A stretch of DNA of 64,000 nucleotides from a virus (Duplodnaviria; Caudoviricetes): positions 524-64,523 of IMG/VR virus record IMGVR_UViG_3300047334_000093, one strand, 5' to 3'. Position numbers and translations under genes: made by a program. The notes under the pieces are model-generated. The model did no database searches and was not told the DNA's origin. It saw nothing but the letters and a program-made list of their open reading frames with translations. This document shows positions 55,683 through 64,000 of the stretch, in pieces (position 1 is the stretch's first letter; each line of letters begins with the position of its first letter).

Positions 55683-58556
55683 ATGAAAAAGATTGTTTCA
55701 GCCACGATTGCGGCAATACTCGGTGTCACGCCGGCTTATGCACAGTTCTCAGGTGGCGGCGGATCAGGAGGCGGCGGTGGCGCGACCATTCCGTCCGTGC
55801 CGACTACAACGCCGCTTACCGGCACGGGCTCGGCGGGCAGCGCGCAGGCCGCTACCGGAAGCATGGTGCTGCCTAACGGCACAAGTGCAACCACGCAACC
55901 GGTCGGAACGAATACCGGCGCGGTGGCGACTACTGCGTTCGTCACCTCGGCTGTAGGGTCCGCAACGCCGGGCTCAAACGTCAGCGCTTCAACTGCCACA
56001 ACGACAGCCGGGAATACTGCGATCACGCTGGCAAACCGGTTCGGTCAGGTTTTCAACCCAAAAGATTACGGTTCTGTTGGCGACAACGGCGCAACCACAC
56101 ACACGGTCAACAGCAAATTGGGCGTCACGTCCTTGTCGGGACTTGCGGCAGTAAGCGGGTATTCGTGGGTTACAAATCCAGTTTACGGGCTGACGTTTTC
56201 TCTCTCTAGTAATACGGCGCAGGGCGCGGCGGGGACCACCTTAGCTTATACCCCTATTGCTGCAAGCTCCAGTTATGCCCCGACCGGGGCAATAGCTGCG
56301 AGCTACAATTACGCTGCGAGTAGCAACGTTGTGTTGCCTGGCATGACAGTGAGCAATGGCAGCGGCACGTCCTGCATTGCAGCCAACACAACTGTTTCGA
56401 GCGTCAATTCGGGAATTGACTTTTCTGTCTATACTCCATTTGCCAGCGCGGCGGGGCAACCGAAAATTAAATTACCATTTGTTGGAGGATTGGCAATTGG
56501 GATGCCAATTTATACCACGGCTGGTGGTTCTACACCGATAGGGACTATCACCGCTATCAATTCTATGACATATTCAACCGCTGCCGCTTCAGCGCTGAAT
56601 GCCTCATATACTTACGATCAAAACGCTACCATGATGGTCGGTAGCGACATTGCGCCGGTTATAACGTTTTTTCAAACTACTGGAGGCAGTAATACAGCTA
56701 CTCTAAATGCTGGGAGCACACCTACTGTGGGGCAAATTATTGCTCCAACTATAGCGTTTTCTACAAGCGCACTATACGGACTTTTGTATCCTCCAGGTAC
56801 TACTATCACCAATATAAGCGGAACAACTATTACGACAAGCAACCCTGCAAATTTAACTTCTAATAGTGCTTATCAGCAAGTCTTTGCATTAAGCCCGCCA
56901 TCCATCACCATTAGTGCAAATCTTAGCTCAGCGATTGCAGTAGGCACACAAATTTTCTTTGGGGGTGTTTCTCAGGTAGTGCTCAATCAGGCGACTGCAT
57001 CAGCTTGCCCCGCAAATGCGGCTATAACTTATTCATATTCAACGGGATCGTCTGGAGCTGGCACTGTTGGCGGTCTTGATATGGATTGGTTAGGTATGCA
57101 AAGCGCCGTCATTGGCGCAGCCGCTAGTAATGGTCGCGTAGAAATACCTTCTGGTAATTATACAATGACACGTGGGGTAACAATACCAACCAACAGCACT
57201 AACATATCTATCAATGGGGCAGGTCGTCTATCTACAATATTAAATTATTCAAACGATGAGCCGCGCGGTGCATGTGGTCTAGGTTCCTATAATCAAATAA
57301 ATCAATACGGTATTCAAACCGAATACAGTAATTTTAGTTTGTTTGGTCCTGGTGGATTTCTTGTGATTGGCGGTGAAACTGCTCAAATGAATGGTTTGTG
57401 CATGAATACAGGTGACAACGCTACTGATATGGATATGCGCAGCTTTCATTCAGGTTTTAATATTACAGGCAACCATCAAAAACTAAACAAAATACAAACT
57501 TCATATAACTGGTATGGTATATATATTGATGCTTACAGCAACAACAATGGAGCGCAATATTTTGATTTAGCAGAATTACAAGCAGATAATTTCTCAAACT
57601 TTGGTTTCCAATGGCAGTCAGGTCTTGATAGTGGGACAATGCAAAATGTTCATTTTGGAAGAACTCCTAGAGGCTTTTATAAAGAAGGCGCTCCCTATGG
57701 TCAAATTGCTGCTGGATGGTTAACTAATTACTCATTCAAATTTATTTCTTCAGAAGCTATTGGGAATGAAGCTATTTTTGGAGAAAATGGTAGTCCCCGT
57801 ACTGGAGTGGGTGATCTTATAGATAATAATACGTTTATTTCCAGTAGTCTTTCGCTTAGTCCTAGCGCTGGTTTTATTATGCCGACTTTAACATTAAACG
57901 CCCTTATTACTTCAGGAGAAATAAAAGAAAACGTGTTTTTAAATAGCGATATGGATGGTGGAGGACTTCAGGGAACATTAACAGACGTCACAGAATTAGC
58001 TACCTGTGCCGTAATATGTGGTGGTGCATTCCCGTCAGTTTGGAATAATTCAACTATTGGTGAGAATATGTTCATAGGTGATCTTTCAGTAAATAATATG
58101 GTTACCAATCCAGGGCAACCTTACAATTCTATTTACAAATCATCAGCGCTTTCTGCGAATGGTATGCAAAAAAATACTTTTGAATCATCAAGCCAATTTG
58201 GTGAATTTGCACCTATAGGTGTACCAGTTTCTCCTGGTATGATTATGCAATTCTATCCAGATTATGCGGGATCAGCTACACAACCATACACTGCTGGTGG
58301 TGTTGTTATGGGCGTAGCTAATAGCGGGACTGGCTCGGGCTCAACATGGTCTCATGCAGGAACGGTCGCTGTTGTTCGCAAAGGTCACGCCTCTGTGAAC
58401 TATACGAACGAAAGTAATAGCCCGATCCATGCTGTTGTGAGTTCGACTACACCCACTTCTGCTACCACATCGGCAGCATCAGATGCTACTTCTGTCGTGG
58501 TCGGTGTTTGGGTGGGCAACAACAGCGGAGATATTTACGTCAATCCGTCGCCGTAA
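55683..58556 (+). CDS. second large tailspike-like protein with predicted signal peptide (paralogue of 49168)
   Basis: MKKIVSATIAAILGVTPAYA-Q; ATTQPVGTNTGAVATTAFV; VFNPKDYGSVGD; MDWLG.Q; IPSGNY. Confidence 0.8.
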   Translation: MKKIVSATIAAILGVTPAYAQFSGGGGSGGGGGATIPSVPTTTPLTGTGSAGSAQAATGSMVLPNGTSATTQPVGTNTGAVATTAFVTSAVGSATPGSNVSASTATTTAGNTAITLANRFGQVFNPKDYGSVGDNGATTHTVNSKLGVTSLSGLAAVSGYSWVTNPVYGLTFSLSSNTAQGAAGTTLAYTPIAASSSYAPTGAIAASYNYAASSNVVLPGMTVSNGSGTSCIAANTTVSSVNSGIDFSVYTPFASAAGQPKIKLPFVGGLAIGMPIYTTAGGSTPIGTITAINSMTYSTAAASALNASYTYDQNATMMVGSDIAPVITFFQTTGGSNTATLNAGSTPTVGQIIAPTIAFSTSALYGLLYPPGTTITNISGTTITTSNPANLTSNSAYQQVFALSPPSITISANLSSAIAVGTQIFFGGVSQVVLNQATASACPANAAITYSYSTGSSGAGTVGGLDMDWLGMQSAVIGAAASNGRVEIPSGNYTMTRGVTIPTNSTNISINGAGRLSTILNYSNDEPRGACGLGSYNQINQYGIQTEYSNFSLFGPGGFLVIGGETAQMNGLCMNTGDNATDMDMRSFHSGFNITGNHQKLNKIQTSYNWYGIYIDAYSNNNGAQYFDLAELQADNFSNFGFQWQSGLDSGTMQNVHFGRTPRGFYKEGAPYGQIAAGWLTNYSFKFISSEAIGNEAIFGENGSPRTGVGDLIDNNTFISSSLSLSPSAGFIMPTLTLNALITSGEIKENVFLNSDMDGGGLQGTLTDVTELATCAVICGGAFPSVWNNSTIGENMFIGDLSVNNMVTNPGQPYNSIYKSSALSANGMQKNTFESSSQFGEFAPIGVPVSPGMIMQFYPDYAGSATQPYTAGGVVMGVANSGTGSGSTWSHAGTVAVVRKGHASVNYTNESNSPIHAVVSSTTPTSATTSAASDATSVVVGVWVGNNSGDIYVNPSP

Positions 58557-58609
58557 CGTGCGCCGCCAAGATGATACCACAATCAGCTTGGCGGGTGTCG
58601 CATCTAATT

Positions 58610-59056
58610 TCAAACGCCTGTGCTGCCGAACCCTCCCTCGCCGCGCTCGGTCTCGTCCAAGCTCGTTACCTCGTGCCATGTTGCCCGCACGACAGGCGCG
58701 AGCACGGCTTGGGCGATCCGCATTCCGCGCTTTACGACAAACCAAGCGGCGCTGAAATTGGTCAGCATGACCATCACTTCCCCGCGGTAGTCTTCATCAA
58801 TCGTTCCGGGGCTGTTCGCGACGGTAACGCTGTCGTTAAACACTAGGCCGGACCGAGGTCGAATTTGCAGTTCGTAGCCTTTGGGAATTGCGATCTTCAA
58901 GCCGGTCGGGATTAACACGCGATCATCCGGCGAAATATGGTATTCGTCGTTGATCGCGGCGTACAGGTCCATACCCGCAGCGCCGGCAGTCGCGTAGCTC
59001 GGCAGCGGCAAGCCCTCGGCGTGCGGGAGGCGGACAACTTTGATGGGGATTGTCAT
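58610..59056 (-). CDS. dut: dUTPase (trimeric)
   Basis: AGMDL, RSGL, GTIDEDYRGE, RIAQ, RGEGGFGSTG. Confidence 0.97.
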   Translation of the reverse strand: MTIPIKVVRLPHAEGLPLPSYATAGAAGMDLYAAINDEYHISPDDRVLIPTGLKIAIPKGYELQIRPRSGLVFNDSVTVANSPGTIDEDYRGEVMVMLTNFSAAWFVVKRGMRIAQAVLAPVVRATWHEVTSLDETERGEGGFGSTGV

Positions 59057-59107
59057 GAATTTTCTTTCGGTTTGGGTCCGCGAAACCATCGATTGCAGAC
59101 AGATTTA

Positions 59108-60175
59108 CTACTCCAAAGTCGAATAGTCGGCCGGTCTGGCCCACATTTCGTGCAAAGATTCCTGCTTTGGGGCCTGCGCGATTTTGAGACAGGGCGGCGA
59201 ATACCAGACGCATTCCTTGTCGGTCGTAGTGCCGCCGGAATAGGTCAGCCGGCCGCGATTCCATTCGACCGCTTCCCACTCGGGAAGGTCATAGTCGCCG
59301 CGATGACCGCAGAGCGCGATGCGAAGGTGCCCGTTCTCTCGCGCCCACTTTTCGACCTCATCGGCAACGGGAGAACCGCCGCCGTACAGCCGTTCGTAGG
59401 CCCGGTAAGGCGGGTCAAGAAAAATGGCCGTGTCATCCCCGCCAAAATGATTATTGAGGCAGCGCGACCAGTCGCCGTGGACGATGCGGACGCGCTCCAA
59501 TCGGTCAGCGAGCTTGTGCAGCCAACGCCATGCCGTTCGGCCACCGGAGGTCAGCAGCGCGCCTTCGCCCATCCCGGCGTCACTGGCGTGCGGAACCTTC
59601 CCTATCGCCTGTACGCCCCTCCCGGCGGAGGTGGCGTGCGGAACCTGACCTATCGCCTGTACGCCCATCCCGGCGTTACTGGCGTCGTCACCTTCCCTAT
59701 CGCCTGTACGCCCCTCCCGGCGGAGGTGGCGTGCGGAACCTGACCTATCCCATTCACACCAGCCGGAGCCAATCCAGCAGCATTGTCCCCACAGCCACCA
59801 GCCCGCCACCTTGGCGTCACCCGGCCAGTCCGGGTCCTGCAATGCGCCACCGACGCGCTCCCGCTGCGCCATCAGCCATCCGTGCCGCCCGCCAAGGTCA
59901 ATATGCGACACGGGATAGTCGGCAGCTTCGGCAACGGCCGCCGGTTGATTTTTCACGGCCCGCCAGAAATTCGCAATGAACCCGCTCGCATCGCATACGA
60001 CCTCAAGCGCCGCAGGGCGCGGCGCGGCAAGCAACACGGCAGCCGAACCGCAGAACGGTTCAATGTATTGAGACGGAGACCCGAGCCGAGTCCAAACGTC
60101 GGCCGCAACTGACCGCTTCCCGCCGAAGTACGGAAAGGGTGCCAAAAGTGCCTCAGTTTTAGGCAAGGGAACCAT
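59108..60175 (-). CDS. D12-class/Dam-like DNA adenine methyltransferase with repeat insert
   Basis: PFPYFGGK, YIEPFCGSAAV (motif I), FLDPPY (motif IV); start uncertain (60175 ATG or 60166 TTG). Confidence 0.88.
   Translation of the reverse strand: MVPLPKTEALLAPFPYFGGKRSVAADVWTRLGSPSQYIEPFCGSAAVLLAAPRPAALEVVCDASGFIANFWRAVKNQPAAVAEAADYPVSHIDLGGRHGWLMAQRERVGGALQDPDWPGDAKVAGWWLWGQCCWIGSGWCEWDRSGSARHLRREGRTGDREGDDASNAGMGVQAIGQVPHATSAGRGVQAIGKVPHASDAGMGEGALLTSGGRTAWRWLHKLADRLERVRIVHGDWSRCLNNHFGGDDTAIFLDPPYRAYERLYGGGSPVADEVEKWARENGHLRIALCGHRGDYDLPEWEAVEWNRGRLTYSGGTTTDKECVWYSPPCLKIAQAPKQESLHEMWARPADYSTLE
59568..59750 (-). repeat. about 4 x 48-nt tandem repeat (one unit 47 nt)
   Basis: Unit cctatcgcctgtacgccc.tcccggcg... 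Confidence 0.9.
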
Positions 60176-60244
60176 CCACCTCATTCGCCAGTCGCACGCA
60201 CTCGGCACGTAGGCGCAACAGTAGGGAGATAGGATCGGTTTGGG

Positions 60245-60694
60245 TCATGCGGCAAATCGCTCCAGCACAATCAAGCCTCCTTTGGTCCGGCCGCATCGGT
60301 GCCAACCCGCCCGAATGAAGCAATAGCCTGGACAGGTGCCCCGCACTGCCTCCGCACGGACGTAGGTGTAATGCCTTTCACCAGGCCAGCAGTAATCAGC
60401 GATTGCGTCAGCCTGTCTGATAAGCTCACTGGCCTTGTGCGGACCTTCGTTTCGGAAGAAGGCGCAGTTGATGCCTTGCTGGCCGCTGGCGTCAATGAAC
60501 CGTCGCCAGAGAAAAGCAGCGTCTGCTCTCTCGGTGCGCAAGACGATTTTTTCGCCGGGACCGCCGAAGAGAGTTCGCTTCCTACCGTCTTTATATCGGT
60601 AGCAGGAGTAATGTCTCTCGTAGAGACCGAGGCACGATGCATCGCCATCTTTCGTGAGATACCACAGAGCATCTGCCCTTGTTTCATCGGTCAT
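60245..60694 (-). CDS. conserved phage protein, possibly Mom/GNAT-like DNA modifier
   Basis: LYERHYS...GPGEKIVL...NCAFFRNEG...ELI...YTYV...PGYCF..AGW; next to the MTase. Confidence 0.55.
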   Translation of the reverse strand: MTDETRADALWYLTKDGDASCLGLYERHYSCYRYKDGRKRTLFGGPGEKIVLRTERADAAFLWRRFIDASGQQGINCAFFRNEGPHKASELIRQADAIADYCWPGERHYTYVRAEAVRGTCPGYCFIRAGWHRCGRTKGGLIVLERFAA

Positions 60695-60954
60695 GGCTGC
60701 GGCATCCGTTCGGGGTTTCCACACGCACTGCACTTGCGCCACGTAACGGGCGATCCGAGGCCGATAGCATCCACGTTGAGTTCCCATCCGGTGGTTTCGC
60801 AATAGTGGCAGTTCTTTGCCGGTTCCTGCTGGGCCGGGCAATCGCACCATTCGCGACCGCAGTTCTGCGGGTAGCGGCACGGAATGCGCTCCATCACTAC
60901 GCGCTTGTGTCGCTGGTCGCCGGAGCGCTCGGCTATGCGGTCCCAGGCGCTCAT
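60691..60954 (-). CDS. Cys-rich small protein
   Basis: Several CxxC pairs; ATGA-coupled. Confidence 0.6.
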   Translation of the reverse strand: MSAWDRIAERSGDQRHKRVVMERIPCRYPQNCGREWCDCPAQQEPAKNCHYCETTGWELNVDAIGLGSPVTWRKCSACGNPERMPQP

Positions 60955-61307
60955 TCTTCGCGTTCCAACAGCAACAGCGCATCTCGCACTTTCTGCAACG
61001 TGTCGGCGCGAGCGTCGTCCGGCGTGCAATCCTCTGGCGTTTCTCCCATGATGCACGACATCGCTTGAATCAGCGCATCCCGAACCACGTCGGGCTTCGG
61101 AACCACGAGCAAGCCCTTTGTGTAAAGCATTCTTATTACCCGGATATCAACTTCGACCAACTGAGTATCGTCGTCGTCGGTGCTGCCGCTTAGGCGCTGA
61201 ATGGCAATAGTCTCATCATTTCCGCCTCGGTCGACGTTGAAACTGCCGTCACTATACATGCGCGCATAACGGCGCATGGGGCCTTCGCGCTTATTGCTTT
61301 CACTCAC
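60951..61307 (-). CDS. hypothetical protein
   Basis: GTG 61307 overlapping tnpB end, or ATG 61277. Confidence 0.6.
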   Translation of the reverse strand: MSESNKREGPMRRYARMYSDGSFNVDRGGNDETIAIQRLSGSTDDDDTQLVEVDIRVIRMLYTKGLLVVPKPDVVRDALIQAMSCIMGETPEDCTPDDARADTLQKVRDALLLLEREE

Positions 61308-62532
61308 GGGAAAACCCGCCAGCGACCGCAACATTCGAAGGTGGCCCGCCGTGACTAGACCGGACGGATGCCCGATCCCCGCCACGAACGGCAGAGCCTC
61401 GCTTTCGGCGGGTGTCCCCGCCCGGTTCGGGCAACGCTTGCCCTACCGCGCCGCTCAGAATCACCCGAGCGGCCGCCACGTCGCGGTCAAGCACCGCGCC
61501 GCAGCCATCGCAGGCCCACGTCCGAACGGACAGGGCGAGCTTCCCGCCGACGTGGCCGCAGTCCGGGCAGACACCCGTGCTGCGCACGAAGCGGCCGTGG
61601 ACATGCCACGACCGCCCCGCCCACGCGGCCTTGTAGCGCAGCACCCGAAGGAAGGTGCCCAGCCCGGCGTCGGCCAGCGAACCCGCCATGCGGGTGCGCA
61701 TCAGGCCACGCAGGCTCAAATCTTCAATGGCAAAGCCGCTGTAGCTATCGACGAGCTTCCGCGTCGCCTTGTGCATCGCGTCTTTCCGGGCGTCTCCTAC
61801 CGCCCTGTGTGTGCGGCCCAGCCGGGCTACGGTGCGCTTGCGGTTCACGCTGCCCTTGCGCCGCCGATCACGCTCTCGGTTCAGTCGCCGAAGCCGCTTG
61901 GCGGCCTTGCGGGCAAGACGTGGGTGCGCAATCCGCGTGCCGTCGCTCAGGGTCGCCAGGTGCAGCAACCCGCCGTCGATCCCCACCATGGGCAACGCCG
62001 GTTCGGCATAGACCTTCGGCGCAGCTTCAAACTGGATGGAAACATGCCAGCCATTTGGCTCTTGCGTCACGGCCACCTGCTTCATGTCCGCGCCAACCGG
62101 CAAAGCCATGCCGCGCACGCGCAGCCAGCCAATATTCGGCAGGCGAATACGGCCCGGTTCAACACGGACCTCGCGGCCAACAAACGAAAACGCATCGGAC
62201 CTGTCGGCGTATTTCTTGAACCGAGGGAAGCCCCGCCGCGCGCTGCCCTTGCTCTTGGCGCAGTCGCGCAACGCGCGGTCAAGTTTCTGCACGGTCATCT
62301 GAGCGGCGCGATGCGGCAGTCCGGCAAGCCGTGGATCGGTTTTCAACAGCGCGGGCAGCTGCGCCGACATTTCGGCGTAGAAGACAAACTTGCCTTCGGC
62401 CTCGTAGCGGGCGGCGTTCTCGGCCACGAACAGGTTCCAGACTGCGCGGCACTGGCCGCCGATCCGCGCGACCGCTGCCAGCCCGCCGCCGTAGAGCTTG
62501 CCCTTCGTCGCCTGAATCACGGGACCGCTCAC
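61300..62532 (-). CDS. tnpB: second TnpB-family RNA-guided endonuclease, no visible IS ends
   Basis: GFPRFKK, VGIDGG / IEDL / DRDVAAA RuvC residues, CPDCG...CDGCG; GTG 62532 overlaps upstream TGA. Confidence 0.9.
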   Translation of the reverse strand: MSGPVIQATKGKLYGGGLAAVARIGGQCRAVWNLFVAENAARYEAEGKFVFYAEMSAQLPALLKTDPRLAGLPHRAAQMTVQKLDRALRDCAKSKGSARRGFPRFKKYADRSDAFSFVGREVRVEPGRIRLPNIGWLRVRGMALPVGADMKQVAVTQEPNGWHVSIQFEAAPKVYAEPALPMVGIDGGLLHLATLSDGTRIAHPRLARKAAKRLRRLNRERDRRRKGSVNRKRTVARLGRTHRAVGDARKDAMHKATRKLVDSYSGFAIEDLSLRGLMRTRMAGSLADAGLGTFLRVLRYKAAWAGRSWHVHGRFVRSTGVCPDCGHVGGKLALSVRTWACDGCGAVLDRDVAAARVILSGAVGQALPEPGGDTRRKRGSAVRGGDRASVRSSHGGPPSNVAVAGGFSRE

Positions 62533-62651
62533 GCGAATAGGTCCGCCAGCCGGAGGCGCCCATGCTGACCAATCAGGCACCGCGCGATGCGCTCGCCAAC
62601 ATCCTTCGACCCCCGCCGCCGCTGCCAGCATTTTAAATGGTGGGTTGTCAT
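62529..62651 (-). pseudogene. chimeric short ORF starting like an ASCH/DUF3850 protein
   Basis: MTTHHLKCW then unrelated sequence, 40 aa. Confidence 0.4.
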
Positions 62652-62740
62652 GACTTCCCCATTAAAGCTTCACGTTCCAAAATCGCATACCCGATCAATT
62701 GCGCGATTTGCGGGACGATGGTATTGCCCGTGGCTTCGGT
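62648..62740 (-). pseudogene. C-terminal remnant of a C5 cytosine methyltransferase
   Basis: Start-less frame TEATGNTIVPQIAQLIGYAILERE resembles motif X (GNxxVPQ...IG.AIL). Confidence 0.55.
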
Positions 62741-62749
62741 TCAACATGC

Positions 62750-62926
62750 TTATTTTCCATTCCTCAAATCTGCCAACGCCATCGTGAGATCAAGCGAGGC
62801 GCGCTTTAACGCCGCCGATTGGCGCCCGTATTCGACTTCACCACGATCGGTTCGCTTGCACGATTTTGCCAGTTTCTCAAAACGCTTTGCGTGAGAAAGC
62901 GCGGCCTGTAACGTCTCGTATTTCAT
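62750..62926 (-). CDS. small conserved phage protein
   Basis: Manual ORF ...AALKRASLDLTMALADLR; ATGA-coupled to recT. Confidence 0.65.
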   Translation of the reverse strand: MKYETLQAALSHAKRFEKLAKSCKRTDRGEVEYGRQSAALKRASLDLTMALADLRNGK

Positions 62927-63813
62927 GCCCGGCGCTCCATATCAACCTTTTCGCTTGCCGGCACAACTTCGGCATCAGGGATATCCAACCCCATTTCAAG
63001 CGCATCAAGCCGATTTGTTGGCGCTTCCAATCCCGATACGTCGCTGTTTTGTGCCAACATGTTAACGCCTTGTGATGTTTCCGGCTGAGCGTCAATCGTT
63101 GGAGCTTCAACGGATCGATTTACAAAATCTTGAGTTTCGGCATCCATCGGAAGCCATTTGGAAAGCCGTCTAATAGCAGATTTTAAATACATTTCTTCGC
63201 GCCAGTCTAGCCACGGACCATAAGGATTGCCTTGTTTGTCTTTTGATCGACTGACATTGGCAATTTTATCAAGCTCGCTTACCGGAAGCACCCGCCATTG
63301 TTTTGTGCCGTCTTTTAGCGTAGCGATCGCGTAAGCGCCAAGCACACGGCCTGGCTCACTTTTCCAAGTCGGTACATGTCGAAGCATTTCTTCCGTGCCT
63401 TCAATCCATTCAAACACATCGTTTTCATGGACTATGTTGGCTGCAATTTTGATAATTTGCCCGCTGTTCCGAAGGCGTTTCAAAACGCCGTTCAGCATCG
63501 GAAGATACTGAACGGCTTTGATCCATTCCTCTTTCCCGTCGCGCTTAACCTTAGTGTTAAAAATCACAAGCGCAGCTTCTCGGCCGTCCGGAATAAGGCC
63601 ATCGCTGGCGCACTTCATGCACGAAGCAAGCAAGCTGCGTCGATCGGCAGCAATTAAATCCGGCTGCAATTGCACAACCGTCATCACAACCCTTTTGAAT
63701 TTTTCAGGGTTTATGTGACTTGGTAGCGCTGCAACAAGCTGCGTATCCATGGCATTAAGCTGCGCCCTCAACACGTCTTCGGGACGCGTTTTCTTTTCAA
63801 CAACTGCACTCAT
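62923..63813 (-). CDS. recT: RecT family recombinase
   Basis: LPSHINPEKFKR...SLLASCMKCASDGL.PDGREA...V.END.F...GAYA...W.EM..KS.IRRL.KWLP. Confidence 0.92.
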   Translation of the reverse strand: MSAVVEKKTRPEDVLRAQLNAMDTQLVAALPSHINPEKFKRVVMTVVQLQPDLIAADRRSLLASCMKCASDGLIPDGREAALVIFNTKVKRDGKEEWIKAVQYLPMLNGVLKRLRNSGQIIKIAANIVHENDVFEWIEGTEEMLRHVPTWKSEPGRVLGAYAIATLKDGTKQWRVLPVSELDKIANVSRSKDKQGNPYGPWLDWREEMYLKSAIRRLSKWLPMDAETQDFVNRSVEAPTIDAQPETSQGVNMLAQNSDVSGLEAPTNRLDALEMGLDIPDAEVVPASEKVDMERRA

Positions 63814-64000
63814 CAAGCAATTTCCTTTACGTTAAAGCGCCGCGTTTCGGCTCGACCAGATATTAATTCTCCAGGCTTCGGTTCACGGGGTGCTTTTTCA
63901 GGCGTGACCGAAATAGAAACTCTATACCCATTGCCAGAAGCGCGCTTGTAGTCTCCCATCAATGCCCGTAAACGATTTTTTTCCAAGTCTTCGTGTTTAA
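63813..64000 (-). CDS. C-terminal part of the gene upstream of recT (probably the YqaJ exonuclease)
   Basis: Open frame ...EKNRLRALMGDYKRA...ETRRFNVKEIA*, TGATG-coupled to recT. Confidence 0.65.
   Translation of the reverse strand, partial: KHEDLEKNRLRALMGDYKRASGNGYRVSISVTPEKAPREPKPGELISGRAETRRFNVKEIA

Noticed and set aside
49168-58556. Diversity-generating retroelement acting on fibres
   Set aside because: No reverse transcriptase and no near-identical TR/VR pair differing at adenines was seen.
59568-59750. Possible mini-CRISPR or guide array for the nearby TnpB
   Set aside because: Tandem coding repeats inside the methyltransferase, alternating two variants rather than carrying unique spacers.
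61276-62568. 430-aa and 283-aa plus-strand ORFs
   Set aside because: Antisense to the GC-rich second tnpB with no recognisable motifs.
1-64000. tRNA/rRNA genes or alternative genetic code
   Set aside because: No cloverleaf signatures noticed by eye (tRNAscan not run); core genes are intact under code 11.

Overview
The window is almost certainly a nearly complete, circularly permuted ~64.3 kb tailed-phage genome of podovirus type (P22/APSE-like portal, nozzle and ejection proteins; no tape measure or sheath). A YqaJ-like exonuclease gene leaves the window at position 1 and what looks like its C-terminus re-enters at 64000, next to recT. Homologues of GcrA, GapR and MucR point to an alphaproteobacterial host, probably Acetobacteraceae/Rhodospirillales. 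Modules: early, recombination and DNA-modification genes (58.6-64 kb and 1-2.3 kb, minus strand); regulation and replication (2.4-16.5 kb); packaging, head and tail (16.5-44.6 kb); lysis (44.7-49.1 kb); a second fibre/spike cluster (49.2-58.6 kb). No integrase, CI-type repressor or ParA was recognised. Main unusual observations: (1) tailspike/tail-fibre-like proteins, and a small protein of a type that normally follows fibre genes, carry Sec-type signal peptides and many cysteines, suggesting export of receptor-binding modules to the periplasm; (2) a recurring [RYFM]-x-x-G-G motif marks several putative internal virion proteins and subdivides a 1399-aa ejection protein; (3) an IS200/IS605 TnpB element and two ~50-nt single-hairpin derivatives sit at ATGAA start sites, and two of them supply a replacement stop codon and RBS; (4) a second intact TnpB has no visible IS ends and is translationally coupled into an early operon. 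All family assignments come from motif recognition by eye, not database searches.
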